Of a DNA stretch of 39,051 nucleotides, positions 17,963 to 26,772 are shown one piece after another. The notes under the pieces were generated by a model. It made no database searches and had not been told where the DNA came from. It worked only from the letters and a program-made list of their open reading frames with translations. The position numbers and the translations under genes were made by a program. The stretch lies in sequence record SRR20825010_6018; one strand, given 5' to 3'. Within the stretch, counting starts at the first letter, position 1. The number at the start of each line of letters is the position of its first letter.

Positions 17963-19726
17963 ATGATAGAAGAAAAACGACTTTTTGACGTTCCATATTT
18001 CCAATTGAAAACCTATCCTAACGAACGGATGTTTGTTACCAAAAAGAACAATGTTTGGGAAGGTGTATCTACTTCACAGTTTCTAGATGAAGTAATGCTT
18101 GTTTCTCGAGGTTTAGTGGCTTATGGAGTGCAACCTGGAGATAAAGTTGGGTTAGTTTCGGGCACTCGATACGAGTGGAATGTGATGGATATTGCTATCC
18201 AACAAACAGGGGCGATTGTCGTTCCTTTTTACCCAAATATTTCCGAAAATGACTATCGCTATATCTTTAATGATGCCGGAATAAAATTATGTGTTATTGC
18301 TGATGACGAGCTCTTCTCAAAAATCTCTAACATAAAGGACTCAATTCCAACACTTGAGCATATTTTCACGATGGATGACGTTCCAGGTGCGCATGAGTGG
18401 GTAGAATTGCATCAAGCGGCTGAGAAGACACCTGAATCTGAGATTACTGAGCGAATGAGCAAGGTTAACTATGAAGATTTGGCAACGATCATTTATACTT
18501 CAGGAACAACTGGAAATCCCAAAGGAGTAATGCTTTCGCACAGAAATCTTCTTTCTAATGTTGAAGCATGTTGCGATCCAATTCCTGCGGATCAATACTC
18601 CAATGTTCTTTCCTTCCTTCCAGTGTGTCATGTCTACGAAAGAATGTTACACTACTTGTACATGCACTTAGGTTGTTCGATTCACTATGCGGAATCTATG
18701 GACACTATTGGAGATAACATCAGAGAGGTGAAACCTCAAGTATTTACTGCTGTTCCACGTCTCATTGAAAAAGTCTACGATAAAATCATGGCTAAAGGCG
18801 ATGAACTGACGGGAATTAAACGAAAATTATTCTTTTGGGCTGTTTCAGTCGGGGAAGAATACGAAGTGGTTGGAAGATCATTTGGATATAACATTAAGCT
18901 TGCCATTGCACGAAAATTAATCTTTAAAAAATGGCAAGAAGCCTTGGGAGGAAATGTTCGCGCGATTGCCTCTGGAAGTGCTGCTCTTCAACCGAGATTA
19001 GCGCGTATGTTTTTAGCGGCAGACATTCCAATTCTTGAGGGGTATGGACTTACGGAAACTTCACCGGTAGTTTCTGTGAACTGTTTCAAAAAAGGGATTC
19101 GCGTTGGTTCTGTTGGAGCTTTATTGGAAGGCGTAGAGGTTAAAATCGCCGAAGATGGAGAAATTCTTGTCAAAGGTCCAAACGTAATGATGGGGTACTA
19201 TCAACTTCCTGATAAAACAGCAGAAGTAATGAAAGATGGTTGGTTCCATACGGGCGATATCGGAGAGTTTATCGAAGATAAATTCCTTAAAATCACTGAC
19301 CGTAAGAAGGAAATTTTCAAAACTTCTGGCGGTAAATATGTTGTTCCTCAGGCGATGGAAAACAAATTCAAAGAATCGCGATTTATTGAACAAATCATGG
19401 TAATTGGTGAAGGACAAAAATTCCCTTCAGCGCTAATCGTACCAAATTTCGCATTTGTAAAGGAGTGGGCAAAGCGTAAAAATATAGACTTAGGAGACGG
19501 TTCTGGTGCTGCGATCACTTCAAATCCTAAAGTAATTGATCGAATTGAAAAAGAAGTCGCTGCATTCAACAAGGGATACGGCAACTGGGAACAGATCAAA
19601 TGTCCGCAATTGCTAGAAAAAGAAATGTCCATTGAAGGTGGGGAATTAACGCCTACGTTAAAACTCAAACGCAAGGTTATTATGGAAATGTACGCTGATA
19701 AAGTGAACAAAATATACCCTGCGTAG
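17963..19726 (+). CDS. Long-chain fatty acid-CoA ligase (AMP-forming)
   Basis: IIYTSGTTGNPKGV, EGYGLTETSP, WFHTGDIG, ITDRKK, LTPTLKLKR. Confidence 0.95.
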   Translation: MIEEKRLFDVPYFQLKTYPNERMFVTKKNNVWEGVSTSQFLDEVMLVSRGLVAYGVQPGDKVGLVSGTRYEWNVMDIAIQQTGAIVVPFYPNISENDYRYIFNDAGIKLCVIADDELFSKISNIKDSIPTLEHIFTMDDVPGAHEWVELHQAAEKTPESEITERMSKVNYEDLATIIYTSGTTGNPKGVMLSHRNLLSNVEACCDPIPADQYSNVLSFLPVCHVYERMLHYLYMHLGCSIHYAESMDTIGDNIREVKPQVFTAVPRLIEKVYDKIMAKGDELTGIKRKLFFWAVSVGEEYEVVGRSFGYNIKLAIARKLIFKKWQEALGGNVRAIASGSAALQPRLARMFLAADIPILEGYGLTETSPVVSVNCFKKGIRVGSVGALLEGVEVKIAEDGEILVKGPNVMMGYYQLPDKTAEVMKDGWFHTGDIGEFIEDKFLKITDRKKEIFKTSGGKYVVPQAMENKFKESRFIEQIMVIGEGQKFPSALIVPNFAFVKEWAKRKNIDLGDGSGAAITSNPKVIDRIEKEVAAFNKGYGNWEQIKCPQLLEKEMSIEGGELTPTLKLKRKVIMEMYADKVNKIYPA

Positions 19727-19747
19727 TTAAAGCAATAGTTACTTAAA

Positions 19748-20083
19748 CTATTCTACTGGCTTTACTAGGGTGAATTTCACGATGACATGATGGAATTCGG
19801 GATAATACATTCCAGACTGAAATTTTAGCGTTTTAGCGTGGTTATGTAATTGGATTTTTGCCGAAGTTCTTTTGATGTCTGTTTCGATCAATTTGGTCGA
19901 AGTAACGTTCCCTTCACGGTCAACTGAGAGTTCATATTTTGCCCAGCCATCGATTGTTCCTTCAAGAACGTAGGTTGGTTGAGAAGTCAATTTTCTGCCC
20001 TCATCGAGCAATGTTCCACTGATCAATTGTCCAAAAGAACTGTTTGCTAAGGCAAAAAATAAAAGAAAGCAAAAGGTTTTCAT
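19748..20083 (-). CDS. Small exported protein with TonB C-terminal-like fold
   Basis: ATG at 20083 gives signal peptide MKTFCFLLFFALANSSFG; G-WAKYELSVDREGNVTSTK resembles the TonB_C beta-hairpin. Confidence 0.65.
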   Translation of the reverse strand: MKTFCFLLFFALANSSFGQLISGTLLDEGRKLTSQPTYVLEGTIDGWAKYELSVDREGNVTSTKLIETDIKRTSAKIQLHNHAKTLKFQSGMYYPEFHHVIVKFTLVKPVE

Positions 20084-20182
20084 TCGTTGATTTAAGGTAA
20101 TACTAGCATGATTTTCGATGGAAAGATACACAAATTCTTTTCGGAAATTAACGGGTACTTTTCAAAATTGAAGTGTGAATTA

Positions 20183-22276
20183 TCAAGCAATTCTCCCCCA
20201 ATTTGGTCTCGACTTTAGCATTTCAGAGAGTTTCGAACGTATTCCTTTGTTCTCTGGCAGTTCCAAAGTTGAATCTTCAGAAAGAATTTTCTTGGCTACA
20301 GAGCGCGTTAATCCAACTAAAGGTTGATCTTTCGCGATATCGGCAATTTTGAGATCGAGCAACCCACTTTGCTGAGTTCCGAGAAGATCACCAGGACCGC
20401 GCAACTGCAAATCAACTTCAGCAATTTCAAATCCATCATTCGTTCGCACCATTGTTTGAATGCGCTTTTTACTGTCCTCCGACAGTTTGTTTCCGGTCAT
20501 TAGAATACAAAACGATTGCTCTGCCCCACGCCCAACTCGACCTCGGAGTTGATGCAATTGCGAGAGACCGAATCGCTCAGCACTTTCGATAATCATCACT
20601 GAAGCATTGGGAACATTTACCCCAACTTCAATCACCGTTGTTGCCACCATAATTTGCGTTTCACCCCGCACAAAGCGATTCATTTCAAATTCTTTATCCG
20701 CTGGCTTCATTTTCCCATGTACCATACTGACTTGGTAATTCGGCAAAGGAAAAGACCTCGATATTGCTTCAAAGCCTTCCATGAGGTTATTGTAATCGAG
20801 GGATTCCGATTCTTGAATTAGAGGATAAACGATGTAGATCTGTCTCCCTTTCTTTATTTCTTCCTTCATGAATCCGAAGACGCGTAATCTATTCTCTTCA
20901 AAACGATGCGAAGTTGTAATGGGTTTTCTTCCTGGTGGAAGTTCGTCAATCACAGAAACATCAAGATCACCGTAAAATGTCATCGCGAGCGTTCTAGGAA
21001 TGGGAGTTGCCGTCATAATTAACACATGCGGAGGAAGTGTATTTTTCTTCCACATTCTCGCCCGTTGCGCCACGCCAAATCGATGTTGTTCATCTATAAC
21101 AACGACGCCCAAATTCTTAAACTTTACAACATTTTCCAGCAAGGCATGCGTTCCAATTAAAATATCAATCGAACCATCTTCTAATCCTTCGTGAATTGGA
21201 ATCCGGTCTTTTTTCTTCGTCGAACCTGTTAGCAATGCCACGGTGATATTCATTTCTTTCAACAACTCAGAAAGCGAGGCATAGTGTTGGATTGCTAAGA
21301 TTTCTGTTGGTGCCATTAACGCCGTTTGAAACCCATTTCCTACGCCGAGAAGCATTGTGAGTAATGCGACGAGTGTTTTTCCTGACCCAACATCACCTTG
21401 CAAAAGCCGATTCATGTGGTGACCCGAATTTAAATCTTTACGAATCTCCTTGAGTACCCGTTTTTGTGCATTCGTGAGTGTAAATGGAAGATGGTTTGCA
21501 TAAAAATCATTGAAAGCTTCCCCTACTTCGTCCAACACAAATCCTTTTGATTTTTGCATGGTGATTTGCTTTCGAATCAACAATTCCATTTGCAGAAAAA
21601 ACAACTCTTCAAACTTTAATCGAAATCGCGATTTCAGTGCCTCTTGCTCACTTTTTGGCACATGAATCATCTGAACTGCTGTATTTTTATCCATCAAGCG
21701 ATGTTCTTTCAGAATGGATTCTGGCAACACTTCTTCGATGGGCTGCTTCAATTCTTGCAATAACGATTTCACTAGCTTTTCGATTCCTTTGGTGTTCAAT
21801 CCACGAGCCGTTAATTTCTCGGTGCTTGAATACACAGGTTGGAATCCTGTCGTGTTTTCTTTCGTCAATTCAGAAATTTCAGGATGTGGAATATTCCATT
21901 TCCCTCCGTATAATTTCGCACGACCGTAGATGATCACTTCTTTTTGAATTGGTAAGGAAGACATTACCCATTTCGCTCCTTGGAACCAAACAAGGTCAAT
22001 CATTCCTGTTTCATCTTGAAATTTTGCCGTGAGTCGCTTTGCCCTTCCTGTCCCAGACTCCATCATCCCGATAATCGTTCCTTTGATCTGTGCATAGCCA
22101 TCGAGCGCTGCCAACTGCGATACTTTATGAAATACGGAGCGATCGACGTAGCGAAAAGGATAATATTCAAGTAAATCTCGAAAGCTGAAAATACCAATTT
22201 CCTTCTTCAGCAATTCAGCACGTTGCGGGCCTACACCTTTGAGGTATTCAATCGGCGTGAGAAGGAAATTATTCAT
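20183..22276 (-). CDS. recG: ATP-dependent DNA helicase RecG
   Basis: LKGVGP, RLKFEELF, QGDVGSGKT, DEQHRFGV, MTATPIPRTL, QLHQLRGRVGRG, RGPGD. Confidence 0.98.
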   Translation of the reverse strand: MNNFLLTPIEYLKGVGPQRAELLKKEIGIFSFRDLLEYYPFRYVDRSVFHKVSQLAALDGYAQIKGTIIGMMESGTGRAKRLTAKFQDETGMIDLVWFQGAKWVMSSLPIQKEVIIYGRAKLYGGKWNIPHPEISELTKENTTGFQPVYSSTEKLTARGLNTKGIEKLVKSLLQELKQPIEEVLPESILKEHRLMDKNTAVQMIHVPKSEQEALKSRFRLKFEELFFLQMELLIRKQITMQKSKGFVLDEVGEAFNDFYANHLPFTLTNAQKRVLKEIRKDLNSGHHMNRLLQGDVGSGKTLVALLTMLLGVGNGFQTALMAPTEILAIQHYASLSELLKEMNITVALLTGSTKKKDRIPIHEGLEDGSIDILIGTHALLENVVKFKNLGVVVIDEQHRFGVAQRARMWKKNTLPPHVLIMTATPIPRTLAMTFYGDLDVSVIDELPPGRKPITTSHRFEENRLRVFGFMKEEIKKGRQIYIVYPLIQESESLDYNNLMEGFEAISRSFPLPNYQVSMVHGKMKPADKEFEMNRFVRGETQIMVATTVIEVGVNVPNASVMIIESAERFGLSQLHQLRGRVGRGAEQSFCILMTGNKLSEDSKKRIQTMVRTNDGFEIAEVDLQLRGPGDLLGTQQSGLLDLKIADIAKDQPLVGLTRSVAKKILSEDSTLELPENKGIRSKLSEMLKSRPNWGRIA

Positions 22277-22287
22277 GGTATAAAACT

Positions 22288-22324
22288 AAAAAAATCCCGT
22301 CGTCCATGAAAGGAGACGGGATTT
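22288..22324 (-). terminator. Rho-independent terminator after the dsbD operon
   Basis: Minus strand AAATCCCGTC...GACGGGATTT with a T7 tract. Confidence 0.75.
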
Positions 22325-22344
22325 AGATTTTGAATTTTTAGTAT

Positions 22345-24114
22345 CTATTTTTTCGAAAGCTCAATTCCCTCTTTTAACCAAGCTTGAAACAAAGACGCTT
22401 CACCATGACTAAAATAATCGGCTGGTCCATTATCCAAATCCTCGCCATCCGAGTTAAGCATTCTATAATAGGGTTGAGAATTTATTTGGTACTTAGAAGC
22501 TTGTAAATAGCTCCATTTCTGACCGTACGTCTGCAATTTATTTGTTTTAGTATCAGTAATATTTACCGTTACCTGTTCATTTTTAGGCAGTTCTTCTTTC
22601 GCGTCAACATACAGAGAAATCATTACAACATCATTCTTTAGAATTCCTACTACTCCAGGTTCTCCCCAAACATTTGACTCCATTCTTCTACAGTTCACAC
22701 ATGCATACCCCGTAAAATCTAAAACTACTGGTTTCCCAACTTTCTTGGCGTAGGCAAGTCCTTTATCGTAGTCATGGAACAACATTATCCCGTGTTCACC
22801 GAGGTGCATATCTTCTGAATGCTCCAACGAACTTGAACCATTCTCAGTACTTGTGCTCGTAGTTCCAAACCCGAGAGGAGACTCACTATAACTCATAGGT
22901 GGTGGGAATCCGCTGATTAACTTTAAAGGAGCTCCCCATAAGCCAGGGAATAAATAAATGATAAAAATGACTACACCTGTTCCTAGAAGTGCCCGACCAA
23001 CACTCAGTTTTTCTAATGGGCTATCATGAGGCATTTTAATTTTACCAAATAGATAAAGCGCCATTACAAGGAAAATACCTATCCAAATCGCTAAGAACAA
23101 TTCTCGCTCTAACAGATGTGCTTGAACAACGAGATCTGCATTTGATAAAAATTTAAACGCAAGTGCAAGTTCCAAAAACCCGAGTACCACTTTTACTGTA
23201 TTCAACCAACCTCCAGATTGCGGAAGTGAGTTCATCCAACCCGGGAACGCTGCAAATAATCCAAATGGAAGTGCTAATGCTAATGAGAATCCTAACATTC
23301 CTATGAATGGCCCCATCCCTCCAACTGTCGCAGATTCAAAAAGTAAAGTTCCAACAATTGGACCTGTGCATGAAAAAGAAACCAACGCCAACGCCAGTGC
23401 CATGAAAAATATACCAATCACTCCACCTTTATCAGCCTTCTTGTCTGCTTTATTTGCCCAAGAACTTGGAAGTCTTATTTCAAATGCCCCCATGAATGAG
23501 ATTGCAAAAACAACAAGTAAAACGAAGAAAATGATGTTAAACCAGACATTCGTTGACATGGCATTTAACGCATCATATCCGAAAATGGCCGTTACTACAG
23601 TTCCTAAAAGGACATAAATTGCGATAATAAAAACCCCGAAAATAATTGCGTTCCGTACCCCTTTCGCCTTTGTCTTACTCTGCTTCGTAAAGAAACTAAC
23701 TGTCATTGGTATCATTGGAAATACACATGGTGTAAGTAAAGCAGCAAAACCACCTGCAAAAGCTAGAAAAAATATGACCCAAAGGGATTTCTTCTCCTTG
23801 TTTTCTTTACCATCTTTATTTAAACCCTTACTTCCAGGATCTTCAGAAGCAGTGGATTCTAAAGCCCACTCAGGCACTTCAACCTTGTGTTTCTTTGCCA
23901 AATCTTCAATTTGTGTACGAAGTTTATCATTCGTTTCCACATCCGATTTGTAATCACTTTCAATCAAACTGAGCGCATCCTGGAAATCTTTTTTGGTTTC
24001 CACAAGCGACATCATGTCGTTTAATCCGTTAGATTCTGGTACTGCTTGAATCGCAAACGCTGAACCACTTGCCAATACAATAAATGCCAAAAAGGCGATT
24101 AATCTATTCTTCAT
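22345..24114 (-). CDS. dsbD: DsbD/CcdA transmembrane plus thioredoxin-domain protein, lacking the alpha domain
   Basis: LTPCVFPMIP, SFSCTGP, GGWLNTVKVVLGF, DFTGYACVNCRRME; own signal peptide. Confidence 0.9.
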   Translation of the reverse strand: MKNRLIAFLAFIVLASGSAFAIQAVPESNGLNDMMSLVETKKDFQDALSLIESDYKSDVETNDKLRTQIEDLAKKHKVEVPEWALESTASEDPGSKGLNKDGKENKEKKSLWVIFFLAFAGGFAALLTPCVFPMIPMTVSFFTKQSKTKAKGVRNAIIFGVFIIAIYVLLGTVVTAIFGYDALNAMSTNVWFNIIFFVLLVVFAISFMGAFEIRLPSSWANKADKKADKGGVIGIFFMALALALVSFSCTGPIVGTLLFESATVGGMGPFIGMLGFSLALALPFGLFAAFPGWMNSLPQSGGWLNTVKVVLGFLELALAFKFLSNADLVVQAHLLERELFLAIWIGIFLVMALYLFGKIKMPHDSPLEKLSVGRALLGTGVVIFIIYLFPGLWGAPLKLISGFPPPMSYSESPLGFGTTSTSTENGSSSLEHSEDMHLGEHGIMLFHDYDKGLAYAKKVGKPVVLDFTGYACVNCRRMESNVWGEPGVVGILKNDVVMISLYVDAKEELPKNEQVTVNITDTKTNKLQTYGQKWSYLQASKYQINSQPYYRMLNSDGEDLDNGPADYFSHGEASLFQAWLKEGIELSKK

Positions 24115-24781
24115 GCTTTCCTCCTAATTCCAAATATTTCTTGTAAAATTGAACGCTATTTCCTTCTGGAACTTTCATCCATTCTCCATTAAATTGGACA
24201 TACATTTTACCATCTTTTCCTTTGGCTTCATCTCCGTTTACTTCAGCAAACTGATCTGCCGGCATCATTTCCTTTTCGTCGGTTGTTGCCGTTTCCGATC
24301 CGCAGCCTTTCACTTTCACCGTAAATTCGGCGCTGTGAGGCGGTAAGCAATGTGTATCGTCGCACGTTTGGAAAGCGAACGTTCCAGAAAGCGTAAAATC
24401 TTTTTCAGAGGTAATTTTCAGCTTTCGCTTCATGATTATTTTCCCAGAATGGTAGTAAAGATCTTCATCAGCCATTTCATCATGCTCAAAAATAGGCTTC
24501 GGCTCAATGATTCCTCCAACGGTTGAGAAATTAGAAGACTTTTTCAATTTTATCTCTGTCGGTAACAAGAAAGTTCCTTCTGGAAGCTTTGCTGCGTAGA
24601 TATGCCAATGTTTCACCATTGAAATCTCACCGATTAATGTTGCGTCACATCCGTTCTGTTCAATCCTGAATTTCCAACTTACTTTATCCTCGGGAAACTC
24701 AAGTTGCGCATTTACTTTGCCCCAAGAAATTGTGAGCAGGGTAAACAGCACCAATTTTTGTGCGATAATTTTCATAGTCAA
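24104..24781 (-). CDS. Stand-alone DsbD N-terminal (alpha) domain protein with C-terminal extension
   Basis: Signal peptide; WHIYA, PTEI, FQTCDDTHCLPP. Confidence 0.85.
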   Translation of the reverse strand: MTMKIIAQKLVLFTLLTISWGKVNAQLEFPEDKVSWKFRIEQNGCDATLIGEISMVKHWHIYAAKLPEGTFLLPTEIKLKKSSNFSTVGGIIEPKPIFEHDEMADEDLYYHSGKIIMKRKLKITSEKDFTLSGTFAFQTCDDTHCLPPHSAEFTVKVKGCGSETATTDEKEMMPADQFAEVNGDEAKGKDGKMYVQFNGEWMKVPEGNSVQFYKKYLELGGKHEE

Positions 24782-24784
24782 CTA

Positions 24785-25228
24785 TTAATTTTTAATGGAA
24801 ACAACAAAAGTACGGTCTTCAGGTGGTAAACACATCGTGTCATTACACACCATAAATGTTACTGTACCCGAAAGTTCAGTATCTCCTTTCGGAGTTAACT
24901 TCTGCTTAAATTCTACGTGATCTTTAAAATAGGAAACTTCACTTTCAAAATTTTCATCGAATTCAACGATTGCTTCAGGTTCAACTGGTGTTCCAATTAA
25001 AACAACGTTATTATTCTCCTCAAATTCAAATGATGTTGGAATTGGTCCCGCATACTCGTCTACATACTGGCTATACAAATGCCAACCTTTCTCGATTGTA
25101 GCATCTGCAACCACGGTATTTTCATCCGAATTATAGGAAAATTCCCAAACGACCTCCGATTGTCCGAAAGCTATAACTCCATTAAAACCAATAAATAAGA
25201 TAATTCCTAGACGTAACATGTGATTCAT
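24785..25228 (-). CDS. Stand-alone DsbD N-terminal (alpha) domain protein
   Basis: Signal peptide from ATG 25228; GWHLYSQ, GPIPTSFEF, FMVCNDTMCLPP. Confidence 0.88.
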   Translation of the reverse strand: MNHMLRLGIILFIGFNGVIAFGQSEVVWEFSYNSDENTVVADATIEKGWHLYSQYVDEYAGPIPTSFEFEENNNVVLIGTPVEPEAIVEFDENFESEVSYFKDHVEFKQKLTPKGDTELSGTVTFMVCNDTMCLPPEDRTFVVSIKN

Positions 25229-25328
25229 TTCTATTCTCAAATCTACACATTACAAGCTGAAGGTGATACTTTCAAATAAAAAGACCCTTGTATTCCTAAC
25301 AGTAATTTTTCTATCAAATCAGTTTAAA

Positions 25329-25616
25329 TTACATCTTGATTTCGACGATGTGATCGATAGGCAACCAAACACCGCCTTTAAGACAGATATACCTATCTCC
25401 ACCAGCCCAAATTGTGGTTTCAACTCGTTTAAGTCCATCATTGTCATTAAATATGATAGAAACCTTCGAGTGGTAAGCGTTACCAAGACGCGTGGCGTTT
25501 TCAATTTGAGCTTTAAGCTCTGGATGTTGTTTTACCGCCGTGGATTTATCGAAGTGCAAAGAAGAGATACTCTCCTTTTCGATTAGTTCTGGTTTAGTTG
25601 ATACTTGCATATTCAT
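25329..25616 (-). CDS. Small hypothetical protein (start likely 25616 or 25610)
   Basis: IEKESISSLHF, ATRLGN...KVSIIF...VETTIW...LKGGVWLPI; resembles a conserved Bacteroidota hypothetical protein, from recall. Confidence 0.75.
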   Translation of the reverse strand: MNMQVSTKPELIEKESISSLHFDKSTAVKQHPELKAQIENATRLGNAYHSKVSIIFNDNDGLKRVETTIWAGGDRYICLKGGVWLPIDHIVEIKM

Positions 25617-25698
25617 AGCGTGATATAAATAACTATTGGATGAAAAGATAATTATTAGATTACACATTTCCAAGAAAAAATGCGAATGAAATTAATCA

Positions 25699-26748
25699 CT
25701 AAACAGTTTTAGTCGAATATATCGTTTGAAAAGGGATTCTGGCTTGTGCAGACACGGATTGATCTGAGAAAAGTCCTGCCTCGAACAGATACTTTCCAGT
25801 GATAGCGATCATCGCTGCGTTGTCCGTACAATACTCGAATTTCGGAATAAATGTTTTCCAACCTCTTTCTTCTCCTTCGGTAATGAGTCGCTGTCTTAAT
25901 TCACTATTTGCAGAAACTCCTCCGGCGACCGCTATGTTTTTTATCCCAAGACTCTTGGAAGCGCTCACCAATTGCTTGAAAAGAATATCAACGATTGTCC
26001 GTTGAACGGAAGCACATAAATCGGCCTTATTTTCTTCTATGAAGCTAGGATTCTTAGCAACTTCTTTATTCAAAAAATACAATACCGAAGTTTTCAATCC
26101 GCTGAAGCTATAATTGAGCCCGCCAACACGCGGTTTCGCAAAATCAAACGCAGATGGATTCCCGTCTTTAGCCCATTTGTCAATGAGCGGTCCACCGGGA
26201 TAAGGAAACCCAAGGAGTTTTGCCGTTTTATCAAAAGCTTCCCCCGCCGCATCGTCAATGGTTGTGCCAATAATCTCCATGTCCAAATGATCTCTTACAA
26301 GAACAATCTGCGTATGACCGCCTGAAACTGTCAAACATAAAAACGGAAATTCTGGCTTGTCTTTTCCTTCATCATCAATGAAATGTGCTAACACGTGTCC
26401 ATACATGTGATTCACGTCTACCAATGGGATTCCTAATGCAAGTGATAATGATTTGGCAAAAGACGTTCCAACAACCAACGAACCGAGTAGTCCTGGACCT
26501 TTGGTAAATGCTATTGCGTCAATATCTGCTTTATCGATTCCCGCTTTTTCAATTGCCTGAGCGACAACGGGAACAATATTTTGAAGATGTGCTCTGCTCG
26601 CTAATTCGGGCACAACTCCTCCATAAGACTTGTGAACATTCTGTCCAGCGATTAAGTTGGATAAAATGGTGTCATTTTTGAGGATAGCTGCAGAAGTATC
26701 ATCACAGGAAGATTCTATACCAAGAATTATCGTCTCTTTTTGAGTCAC
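25699..26748 (-). CDS. tsaD: tRNA N6-adenosine threonylcarbamoyltransferase
   Basis: LGIESSCDDT, GGVVPELASRAH, VNHMYGH, VSGGHTQ, DDAAGEAFDK, CTDNAAMIA. Confidence 0.98.
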   Translation of the reverse strand: MTQKETIILGIESSCDDTSAAILKNDTILSNLIAGQNVHKSYGGVVPELASRAHLQNIVPVVAQAIEKAGIDKADIDAIAFTKGPGLLGSLVVGTSFAKSLSLALGIPLVDVNHMYGHVLAHFIDDEGKDKPEFPFLCLTVSGGHTQIVLVRDHLDMEIIGTTIDDAAGEAFDKTAKLLGFPYPGGPLIDKWAKDGNPSAFDFAKPRVGGLNYSFSGLKTSVLYFLNKEVAKNPSFIEENKADLCASVQRTIVDILFKQLVSASKSLGIKNIAVAGGVSANSELRQRLITEGEERGWKTFIPKFEYCTDNAAMIAITGKYLFEAGLFSDQSVSAQARIPFQTIYSTKTV

Positions 26749-26772
26749 AATGCGTAATATTGTAGTTGATAA

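Noticed and set aside
24104-24114. Frameshifted dsbD pseudogene
   Set aside because: The downstream ORF has its own ATG and signal peptide and all catalytic cysteines are intact, so a real split is more likely; read-level confirmation is still needed.
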